A stretch of 64,000 bases of DNA. Source: Vicinamibacterales bacterium. GTDB lineage: Bacteria > Acidobacteriota > Vicinamibacteria > Vicinamibacterales > UBA2999. Each line of letters opens with the position of its first letter. Positions within the stretch are counted from its first letter, which is position 1. The stretch covers positions 22,302 through 86,301 of the forward strand of contig JBIKUN010000001.1 in the NCBI GenBank assembly GCA_044347565.1. Direction: 5' to 3'. Below the pieces are notes generated by a model. That model was not told the origin of the DNA, ran no database searches, and saw only the letters and a list, made by a program, of their open reading frames with translations. Made by a program: the position numbers and the translations under genes. Shown one piece after another: positions 17,917 to 25,173 of the stretch.

Positions 17917-18354
17917 ATGGCCATGACTGCGACGACCGTGGCCGCGCCAACGGCCGATATCGTCGACACCGCCGTTGCTGCCGGCACGTTCAGCACCCTG
18001 GCGACGGCTCTGACAGCCGCGGGGTTGGTCGACACGTTGAATGGCGCTGGGCCCTTCACGGTGTTCGCGCCGACAAACAACGCGTTTGCGAAGATCCCGG
18101 CGGACGATTTGAAGGCACTGCTGGCGGACAACGCTGCGCTGACGAAGGTGCTGACCTACCACGTTGTGGCAGGCAAGGTCATGGCGGCCGACGTCGTGAC
18201 GATGAAGGAGGCGCAGTCGGTTCAGGGCAGCATGATCGCCATCGATACGACTGCGGGCGTCAAGGTCAACAACGCGACGGTCACGGCGACCGATATCGTG
18301 GCAACCAATGGCGTCATCCACGTGATCGATACCGTGATCATGCCGAAGGCCTGA
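17917..18354 (+). CDS. fasciclin (FAS1) domain protein, no obvious signal peptide
   Basis: [57 protein letters not shown] ... [10 protein letters not shown] ... [13 protein letters not shown]. Confidence 0.85.
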   Translation: MAMTATTVAAPTADIVDTAVAAGTFSTLATALTAAGLVDTLNGAGPFTVFAPTNNAFAKIPADDLKALLADNAALTKVLTYHVVAGKVMAADVVTMKEAQSVQGSMIAIDTTAGVKVNNATVTATDIVATNGVIHVIDTVIMPKA

Positions 18355-18668
18355 CTCGTGGACTCCGGAACGGCGCGGGCGACGAACCCGCGCCGTCCCC
18401 ACACCTCGGCTTGGGAGCCAGATGCGCGCGACGGGACTCGGTGTGGCGTGGTCGTTCGTATCACCGTCAACGATCGCCTCGTCGATATGCTTCCGGCGTT
18501 GATCCTGATGTTCGCCGACGGCTACATCTTGGTGGCGTCGCAGCCGGCGACCTGAACGGGCGTCAGATCACGCGGCCGCCAGTGGGACCAATCCGGCGAC
18601 CGAGGGCGTCTTACGGGACACGAAGTCCGACGCGCCGGTCCGCGCGACTGTATCGAAAGATCCTCACC

Positions 18669-18836
18669 GTGTTTCATCGCAGCGATGCCGTCTTTCTTGT
18701 GGCCGCCTTCCTGTCATTCGTGTTCTCGGTGTACCTCTGGTTCAGCGGGCAGCGCGACGAAGGCATGTTCGTGGGCATCTGGGTGCCGTCGATCCTGTCG
18801 TTCGCGACGCTGACGGCCCAGGCGAGGAAGCGCTGA
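18669..18836 (+). CDS. small two-TM membrane protein (55 aa, GTG start)
   Basis: VFHRSDAVFLVAAFLSFVFSVYLWFSGQRDEGMFVGIWVPSILSFATLTAQARKR. Its stop overlaps the next ATG (cTGATG). Confidence 0.4.
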   Translation: MFHRSDAVFLVAAFLSFVFSVYLWFSGQRDEGMFVGIWVPSILSFATLTAQARKR

Positions 18837-18970
18837 TGTCCGCCATGACGATTCTCGCGGTCGGGCTCTTCGTGACCGCTCTGTGCGGGTTCGGGTTGTG
18901 GTTCACGATCGTCGAGATCCGCCGGCTCTCGAGCCGCGCCCCGAGCGATGAGCCGGGACGACCTGCGTGA
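18836..18970 (+). CDS. small single-TM membrane protein (44 aa; below the ORF-track cutoff)
   Basis: [44 protein letters not shown]. It is coupled to the upstream small ORF and overlaps the SDR start. Confidence 0.4.
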   Translation: MSAMTILAVGLFVTALCGFGLWFTIVEIRRLSSRAPSDEPGRPA

Positions 18971-19718
18971 TTCGACCTTCGTCGTGGTTGCGGCGGCAAG
19001 CAGCGTGGCCGTGCGCGTGGCGCAGATGCTGGCTGCGCGAGGCGCGCGCCTGGTGCTGGCAGGCCGCGATGCCGCCGTGCTCGCTCCGCTCGCCGCAGAC
19101 GTCGGCGGCCGCGTGGTGACAGCCGACGCCACCCGCTTCTCAGACCTTGAGCGCTGCGTCGGCGACGCCGCGGCCACGACCGGCCGCCTGGACGGCATCG
19201 TCAACTGCGCCGGCTCGATTCTTCTGAAGTCCGCGCACCTCACCTCTGAACAGGAGTTGCAGGACGTGCTCTCGGCCAATCTCGTCTCGGCGTTTGCCAC
19301 CGTGCGCGCCGCGTCGAACGTGATGCGGCCGTCTGGCGGCTCGATCGTGCTGATGAGCTCGGCGGCCGCCGCCATCGGTCTGCCCAACCACGAGGCGATC
19401 GCCGCCGCGAAGGCCGGCGTGTCGGGGCTGATGCGTTCGGCGGCGGCGACCTACGCGCCCTATGGCATTCGCGTGAACGCTGTGGCTCCCGGTCTCGTCG
19501 ACACTCCGATGAGTCGCCCGATCACGTCGAACGATCTCGCGCGCAAGGCATCGGTGGCCATGCATCCGCTTGGCCGGCTCGGCACGCCTGACGACATCGC
19601 CGAGGCCGTATGCTGGCTGCTCGGCCCGCAAAGCTCCTGGGTCACGGGCCAGGTCATCGGCGTTGATGGCGGGCTGGCCACATTGAAGACCCGCAGCAAG
19701 ACAGAGAGCCGCTCCTGA
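18948..19718 (+). CDS. SDR-fold protein with degenerate cofactor and catalytic motifs
   Basis: The SDR core is present ([29 protein letters not shown]). The TGxxxGxG position reads VAAASSVA. The YxxxK position reads IAAAK (Tyr replaced by Ile). Confidence 0.7.
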   Translation: MSRDDLRDSTFVVVAAASSVAVRVAQMLAARGARLVLAGRDAAVLAPLAADVGGRVVTADATRFSDLERCVGDAAATTGRLDGIVNCAGSILLKSAHLTSEQELQDVLSANLVSAFATVRAASNVMRPSGGSIVLMSSAAAAIGLPNHEAIAAAKAGVSGLMRSAAATYAPYGIRVNAVAPGLVDTPMSRPITSNDLARKASVAMHPLGRLGTPDDIAEAVCWLLGPQSSWVTGQVIGVDGGLATLKTRSKTESRS

Positions 19719-19854
19719 CGACGTGAACACGCCTCCGCGTCGGGATCCGTCACTCGGACCGCGACGTCCTACCTACGTAGGCACGATGGTGCGAACGGAA
19801 CGCACCCTCGCACATCGTGACGATTCACAGCAGTGTTTCAGAGGGTATATCGAC

Positions 19855-20346
19855 ATGCAGATACTCAAGACTCTCGTGTGCGGCGCCGTCGTGGCGACCA
19901 TGGCTCTGTCGGCGGGAACGACCGTTCGTGCACAGGGCAAGGACATTGTTGACACGGCCGTGGCGGCCGGACAGTTCAAGACGCTCGCGGCGGCCCTGAC
20001 CGCGGCCGGCCTCGTGCCGACGCTGAAGGGTGCCGGGCCGTTCACGGTGTTCGCGCCGACCGACGAGGCGTTCGCGAAGCTGCCGAAAGGTACGGTCGAA
20101 GACCTGTTGAAGCCCGAGAACAAGGCCAAGCTCACCGCGATCCTCACGTATCACGTGGTCGCTGGCAAGGTGATGGCAGCCGACGTCGTGAAACTGACCT
20201 CTGCCAAGACCGTGCAGGGCGGATCGGCCAAGGTCTCGACGATGGGCGGCGGCGTGATGATCGATGCATCGCACGTCACGAAGACGGATATCGTGACGTC
20301 GAACGGCGTGATTCACGTGATCGACACGGTGATGATGCCGAAGTAG
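19855..20346 (+). CDS. secreted fasciclin (FAS1) domain protein
   Basis: [28 protein letters not shown] (signal peptide), then [44 protein letters not shown] ... [14 protein letters not shown]. Confidence 0.88.
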   Translation: MQILKTLVCGAVVATMALSAGTTVRAQGKDIVDTAVAAGQFKTLAAALTAAGLVPTLKGAGPFTVFAPTDEAFAKLPKGTVEDLLKPENKAKLTAILTYHVVAGKVMAADVVKLTSAKTVQGGSAKVSTMGGGVMIDASHVTKTDIVTSNGVIHVIDTVMMPK

Positions 20347-20472
20347 CGGCATCGACGGAGATGCATCGAGGGGTCCTACCGGAGCGTCCGGCGGCCCCTC
20401 GATCTGTGTACGCGTCCCGTGCACTGCCCGTACGACCGGGAGCACGGCAGAGATCCGCCGCGGTTACCTCGC

Positions 20473-21195
20473 TCATCCCGTGCGAGGCCCGTGGATGACA
20501 CCAGCCGCCCGGGCTTGCCACGCCGCCGCGTGCTCGCGGTGGTCGGCCATCACCGCCTGTGGCAGCTTCTTCGGCGCCGCAAGCGGCACCGCCATTCGGA
20601 CGTTGGCCGCGAAGCGCGCGCGATGACGCTCCAGGAAGTTCCAGTAGAGATGGTTTAGGGGACACGCCGCCGCTCCGCTCGTCGTGGCGGGATCGAACTG
20701 GCAGCCCGCGCATAGACTCGGCCCCAGCCGCTGGATGTACTTTCCCGACGACACGTGGGGCTTGCTGCCCACGATGCCGCCGTCAGCCCACGTTGCCATG
20801 CCGGCCACATTGGGTGCGACCACCCACTCGTAGGCATCCACGTACATTTCCCAGAACCAACGATAGAGCGCTTGCGGGTCGACACCGAGCAGCGTCGCGA
20901 TGTTCGACAGTGCCATCAGCCGCTGGATGTGGTGGCTGTAGCCGCGTGCGACCAGCTGTGCGACGGCGGTGTCGAGACAGTGGATGCCCGAGAGCTCGCC
21001 CCAGTAACACGAAGGCAGCGGCAGGTCTGCGGCGAGCGCGTTGGACACTCCGAACGTCATCACGGCGATGCGCACGGTCGTTGCCGCCTGAATTTTCGTG
21101 GACGTCCAGGACCTGCTCTGCGGCGGCGACGGCACGACGTGCCGGCTCTTCACGCCGGACGGCGCCCTCCTGTCGTACGATGGCGCGCATCTCAC
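20473..21195 (-). pseudogene. C-terminal half of an FeS-cluster (6-4) photolyase / CryB-PhrB-type protein; N-terminal half missing
   Basis: Family-like sequence starts only around LPLPSCYWGE. It continues GYSHHIQRLMALSNIATLLGVDP, WFWEMYVDAYEWVVAPNVAGMATWADGG, SGKYIQRLGPSLCAGCQFDPATTSGAAACPLNHLYWNFLERH. The C-x2-C-x12-C spacing is as in the FeS-BCP class. The first ~45 residues of the ORF look unrelated. Confidence 0.65.
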
Positions 21196-21659
21196 GCCGG
21201 ATCGCGCCCGCTACGCTGGCACGCGCCTGCCGGCGGCCCCGGCGCTGGCCGCCTGGCGCTAAGGCCCGGACGGCGCCGCTCCCGGAGATCACACATGCCT
21301 CACGTCATCGAACGCGCCACCACGGGCCGCGCCAGGTGTCACGACGTGACGACCGCTGCAGACCTCGTGGGCGTGCGGACGATACGGTCGTCGCCGGCCT
21401 TGCGGTCAGTGAAGCGCGAGTGATCCTGATTCGCTTTCCGGCCGGGGCGCGGCGCACGGTCGGGGTAGTCGTGGCGCAGGCGGTGAGCAGGTTCGGCGTG
21501 CGATTGGTCGGCAGCTTCGCCGTCGTCGAGCCCGGGCGGGTGCGGCTCGGCCGACCGCCTCGCGCCTGACGACAAGGCCCCAGGCTGGCATCGCCGTGTG
21601 GCACTGTGTGGCACTGCTTCCGTGCGTAGCGTCATCTGGGGCCACCACGAGTCGTCGAT

Positions 21660-23099
21660 TCATTCAGTAAATCGCGACCTGCGACGTCGTGCGATGGCTC
21701 TTCCGACGTCTCTTGATCTGTTGGTTGAAGGTTCGATTCCTTCCGGGCTCACCACTCCAACTGGAGGCGCATTAACGGTTTCCGCGTCGAGCGCGTCATC
21801 GACGTCGTACGCCCCAACCGCGCCGTGTGGCACTGGTGTGGCACTGGAGCAAGAATCCCCCTCGCGCACCATGGGCGGCGTGCGTTCGCTTGCCGCCTGC
21901 GAGTCCTCCAGCAGGCGCAACGCGCGCTCCAAGCGCATCGCCGTGGAACGCAGGTAGCGCGACGTCGTCGTGAGGTTGGTGTGACCGAGGAAGTCACGCA
22001 CGTCGTGCAACTCGGCGCGCGACTCCAGCAGCCGGCATGCGAACTCGCGGCGCAGGTCGTGGAAGTGCAGGTCAACAGCGCCGGCCTTCTCGCACGCGGT
22101 GCGCCACGTGGTCTTGATCGACGCGATCGGCCCGCCCACCTCGTCGCCGAACACATAGGCGTCCGGCGGTAGCACCTCACCCTCTGGGTCAGTCCGCAAC
22201 ATCTCGAGCACGGCGGCCAGGCGCTGCCCCACCGGAACGACCCGCAGCGTGCCCGTCTTGGTCTTCCCCGCGCGCAGCACCAGTGCCCGCGCACGGCCGC
22301 CGGCGTCGCACTGCACGTCGCGCCACTGCAACGACAGCAGTTCACCAAGTCGGCACCCCGTCGACAGTGCCGCGATCAGCAGGCCGCGCAGGTGCGGCGT
22401 GGCCACCGTCATGAGCGCGTCTTCTTCGCCTGGCAGCAGCCGGCGGGTGCGCACGGTTTCGGCGGCGCCGTCGAGCCGCACGACGTTCACGCCGTGCCGC
22501 TTGAACGGTGTGTCGTCCCGGTAGCCCTGCGCAATCGCCCAGTTGAACAGATGGCGCACGCGGGCCTTGAATCGGTTGAGGCCGACATGGCCGCCCTTGG
22601 TGCTGCGTCCGGCAAGTGTGGCGGACGTCAGCAGGTCCGCAGGCACGTCGCGCTGCTCGGCCCGCACCCTCGCAACCTGCCGTGCCGCGGCGAGCGCCTC
22701 GTTCACGGCGTCGAGGCGCGCGTGGATCTCGAACTGGCGCACGGCATGCGGCTTCCGTGTGTCACGCCGCGCGTAGTCGCGCAGGTAACGTTCCGCCACG
22801 TTCGCCAACGTGGGCTCAACGACTGTCTGCGTGCAGACCTCGGGGAGCGCGAACGCACCGGCACGCACCTCCGTCCGAATGCGATCGGCGAGCGCCTGCG
22901 CTTCACTGCGCGACATCACGTCGCCGGCCGGCCGATCCGCGAAGCGATGGAGACTCACGCGGTGGCGCACTTTGCTACCCGCGACGTCCTTGCCATGACA
23001 GAAGGCGAAGTGCCATGGGTGCGTGCACTTCGTCCACAGTCGCGGCGTACAGCCGCACCGCTTCGAGAGCCCATCCTGACGTCGCATGGTTGAAGTCAA
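21660..23099 (-). CDS. int: tyrosine-type site-specific integrase
   Basis: 479-aa ORF with LSTGCRLGELLSLQWRDV, catalytic region HFHDLRREFACRLLE, and LGHTNLTTTSRYL. The last ~30 codons read antisense through att repeat B. Confidence 0.9.
   Translation of the reverse strand: MTSTMRRQDGLSKRCGCTPRLWTKCTHPWHFAFCHGKDVAGSKVRHRVSLHRFADRPAGDVMSRSEAQALADRIRTEVRAGAFALPEVCTQTVVEPTLANVAERYLRDYARRDTRKPHAVRQFEIHARLDAVNEALAAARQVARVRAEQRDVPADLLTSATLAGRSTKGGHVGLNRFKARVRHLFNWAIAQGYRDDTPFKRHGVNVVRLDGAAETVRTRRLLPGEEDALMTVATPHLRGLLIAALSTGCRLGELLSLQWRDVQCDAGGRARALVLRAGKTKTGTLRVVPVGQRLAAVLEMLRTDPEGEVLPPDAYVFGDEVGGPIASIKTTWRTACEKAGAVDLHFHDLRREFACRLLESRAELHDVRDFLGHTNLTTTSRYLRSTAMRLERALRLLEDSQAASERTPPMVREGDSCSSATPVPHGAVGAYDVDDALDAETVNAPPVGVVSPEGIEPSTNRSRDVGRAIARRRRSRFTE
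21710..21754 (+). repeat. att repeat B (copy of the tRNA-Lys 3' 45 nt, one mismatch)
   Basis: ctcttgatctgttggttgaaggttcgattccttccgggctcacca, aligned by eye to 8236-8280. Confidence 0.9.
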
Positions 23100-23128
23100 A
23101 AGTGCGTCGGTGAGCTTGCCCCGGTTTC

Positions 23129-23440
23129 GTGGACATCTTCCGAAAGGTGGATACGATGTCCCGCATGGAAAGCAGCAAGCCCGCCCGACGCCTCCGTCGG
23201 CGGTTCACGGACGAGTTCAAGGCCGGCGCGATTCGGCTCGTCGTGGATGAAGGCCAGACCATCGGCGCCGTCGCCCGCGACCTCGATCTGACGGCCTCGT
23301 CGCTCGCCGAGTGAGTCAAGCGGGCGCAGGCGGACCGGACCAAGGGCCACACGGGCTTGACGACGGTGGAGCGCGAGCAACTGGCACAGCTCCGCCGCGA
23401 CAATCGCGAGTTGCGCCTGGAGCGCGACATCCCACAACAA
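23129..23440 (+). pseudogene. IS3-family transposase orfA remnant (in-frame TGA, truncated)
   Basis: RRFTDEFKAGAIRLVVDEGQTIGAVARDLDLTASSLAE, then TGA(23312-23314), then VKRAQADRTKGHTGLTTVEREQLAQLRRDNRELRLERDI. No orfB or inverted repeats were seen. Confidence 0.7.
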
Positions 23441-23587
23441 GATGAACTTGCTCGCGGCGGTGCGGATTCTCGATGTTCCTGGGGCTCACGGGCACTGACG
23501 CCCGAAGGGCCGCGAGCCTGGAAACCGAGCCGCCTTGACGCACGCCAGGCCAGGTGTTACTTTCGTGACACCTTCGGAGATGAGCGC

Positions 23588-23887
23588 ATGGCCACGACCA
23601 CGATCAAGCTTGCCAACGATCTCAAGGAACGAATCGCGCCATTAGCGCGCGCTGCCGGCCAGACACCGCATGCGTGGATGGTGACCGCGCTCGAGCGTCA
23701 GGCCGAGCTGGCGGGCATGCGCGAACAGTTCATTGCGGAGGCGGAAGCGTCCGCGTCAGAAGTCGACGCGGGTGGCGCGTTATATGCGGCCGAGGACGTT
23801 CACGCCTATATCCTTGCGCGCGCCGCACGCAGGGGCGGTGGCAGGAAGCCAGCCCGGCCGAAGGCGATCAAGCGCCGCCGCGCGTGA
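23588..23887 (+). CDS. ParD/RelB-type antitoxin
   Basis: MATTTIKLANDLKERIAPLARAAGQTPHAWMVTALERQAE (RHH-like). There is a 4-nt GTGA overlap with the toxin gene. Confidence 0.75.
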   Translation: MATTTIKLANDLKERIAPLARAAGQTPHAWMVTALERQAELAGMREQFIAEAEASASEVDAGGALYAAEDVHAYILARAARRGGGRKPARPKAIKRRRA

Positions 23888-24165
23888 AGATCCTGTACTC
23901 GGCGCGTGCGCTCGCTGGCCTCGACCGCGTGTTCGATTTCCTCGCCGCCCATGATCCGAACGCAGCCGTGCGCGCTGCAGAGCGGATCGGCGAGGCCGTG
24001 GCGCTGCTTCAGAACCACCCGTTCGTCGGCCGGCCGATCCGCGGCGAGGTGCGCGAGTTGGTGATTTCGCACGGCCGCGACGGTTACGTGGCGCTCTATC
24101 GCGTTCGCGCCGGCACGGTTGTGGTCCTCGCGGTGCGGCACCAGCGCGAGGCCGGGTATCAATAG
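23884..24165 (+). CDS. ParE/RelE-family toxin
   Basis: VKILYSARALAGLDRVFDFLAAHDPNAAVRAAERIGEAVALLQNHPFVGRPIRGEVRELVISHGRDGYVALYRV; 93 aa. Confidence 0.75.
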   Translation: MKILYSARALAGLDRVFDFLAAHDPNAAVRAAERIGEAVALLQNHPFVGRPIRGEVRELVISHGRDGYVALYRVRAGTVVVLAVRHQREAGYQ

Positions 24166-24384
24166 TTGCCGACCGGGTGGTGCAGAGAAGCGCGGCCGCA
24201 AAGCTGAGCCGCGGCGAGGGTTGCCGGTCGCGGTGCGCGAGGACGCGGCGCGCTGGTGCGGTCACCACGTTCGGCGGAGGGCTTCGCGGGTGACGTCGTT
24301 CTCGAGCAGCGAGTCCGCCAGCCGCTTCTTCAAAGGCGTCTTCTGCTCCGCTTTCCGACGCTCGCCAGCTCGTATGACGCAGTC

Positions 24385-24876
24385 ATGCACGTGGAAGAAG
24401 TGCTGACCATCCGCCTGCCAAGGGGCACGCGGCGCCGTCTGGAGCGGCGCGCCAAGGCGCAGAAGCTCTCGGTGAGCCAGCTGGTGCGTCGCGCGCTCGA
24501 ACAGGACGAGCTGCTCATGAGCCTCGCCTCGGCTCGCGCCGAACTAGTCGTGGTGCGTGCTCTTGGCTCCGGCGCCGTGGTCACGTCCCCGGCGCTACTC
24601 GATGAGATCGATGGCACGTTACGCGCCAGGTTCACGATCGGACCTGCGGCAATGGCGTTTCTCGAGCAGCTCCGCTTGCGGGTGCATCTCGTCGTGCCGG
24701 CGCCACTCGCGCCGCCGGCGTCGCGTGCCCCTGACGATGACGTGGTGTTGGCAACGGCCGTCGCCGCCAATGCGACGGCCATCGTCACCGGAAACCGTGA
24801 CCTGCTCGTTCTGCAACGCTGTCGCGGTGTCGAGATCGTCACGCCACGCGACTTCCTGAGCCGCCTGCCGACGTGA
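24385..24876 (+). CDS. RHH (CopG-like) antitoxin fused to an N-terminally truncated PIN domain
   Basis: N-terminus MHVEEVLTIRLPRGTRRRLERRAKAQKLSVSQLVRRALEQ. C-terminus SRAPDDDVVLATAVAANATAIVTGNRDLLVLQRCRGVEIVTPRDFL (PIN C-terminal signature). The expected N-terminal vvlDTNv acidic motif of PIN is absent. Confidence 0.6.
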   Translation: MHVEEVLTIRLPRGTRRRLERRAKAQKLSVSQLVRRALEQDELLMSLASARAELVVVRALGSGAVVTSPALLDEIDGTLRARFTIGPAAMAFLEQLRLRVHLVVPAPLAPPASRAPDDDVVLATAVAANATAIVTGNRDLLVLQRCRGVEIVTPRDFLSRLPT

Positions 24877-25142
24877 CCTGCTGAGGGTCAGCTGCCCCAG
24901 TGTGCCGCATGAAGGAGACGCAACCAGGCACACCGTCCCACGCCTTCCGGATGTCGTGGCGCTGATGGAAGACCTGCCGTCACACGGTCGAGCCCACCAG
25001 CGGCAAGCCCGCGGTGCACAGCCGAGCCAGAGACAGACATGAGCTGAGTGTAGGCCACTCGCCCGTCTCCAGAATGTCTCAAGGAACCCGGTCGAATCAC
25101 GTCGACGCCGTCAGCCGGTTGGCTGAACGACGAACTCAAGCG

Positions 25143-25168
25143 TCGATTCCTTCCGGGCTCACCACTCC
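25143..25168 (+). repeat. att repeat C (26 nt, outermost copy)
   Basis: tcgattccttccgggctcaccactcc is identical to 21733-21758. The first 22 nt match the tRNA 3' end. Confidence 0.85.
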
Positions 25169-25173
25169 CCGGC

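Larger units (their letters stand above)
8236..21754. mobile_element. integrated element 1 (~13.5 kb, light-related cargo, no intact recombinase), bounded by 45-nt direct repeats
   Basis: 8236-8280 (tRNA 3' part) recurs at 21710-21754 with one mismatch (a8241 vs g21715). The interior contains recombinase wreckage, pseudogenes and visibly less GC-rich patches. Confidence 0.75.
21710..25168. mobile_element. integrated element 2 (~3.4 kb: integrase, IS3 remnant, two toxin-antitoxin loci), bounded by repeats B and C
   Basis: 21733-21758 is identical to 25143-25168 (26 nt, including 4 nt past the CCA). The integrase abuts repeat B. Confidence 0.75.

Noticed and set aside
18358-18555. 65-aa ORF between the fasciclin gene and the small membrane ORFs
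   Set aside because: It could be real (hydrophobic C-terminus LPALILMFADGYILV). There is no recognisable family or convincing RBS, so there was too little evidence to list it as a feature.
17583-18668. First ~360 codons of the 417-aa ORF 17583..18836
   Set aside because: This part overlaps the clearly real fasciclin gene in another frame and is Arg/Gly/Asp-rich. Only the C-terminal 55 codons (two TM segments) were kept, at low confidence.
21298-21569. Short ORF starting MPHVIERATTGRARC..., reminiscent of the N-terminus of a conserved Zn-ribbon protein family
   Set aside because: Only the first ~15 residues look familiar. No frame continues the expected CxxC... sequence. It is probably another remnant, but I cannot support a call.
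23312-23314. In-frame TGA in the IS3 orfA, considered as recoding or a programmed frameshift
   Set aside because: There is no slippery A6G-type heptamer or orfB downstream, and the gene is truncated anyway. A nonsense mutation in a dead IS fragment is the simpler reading.
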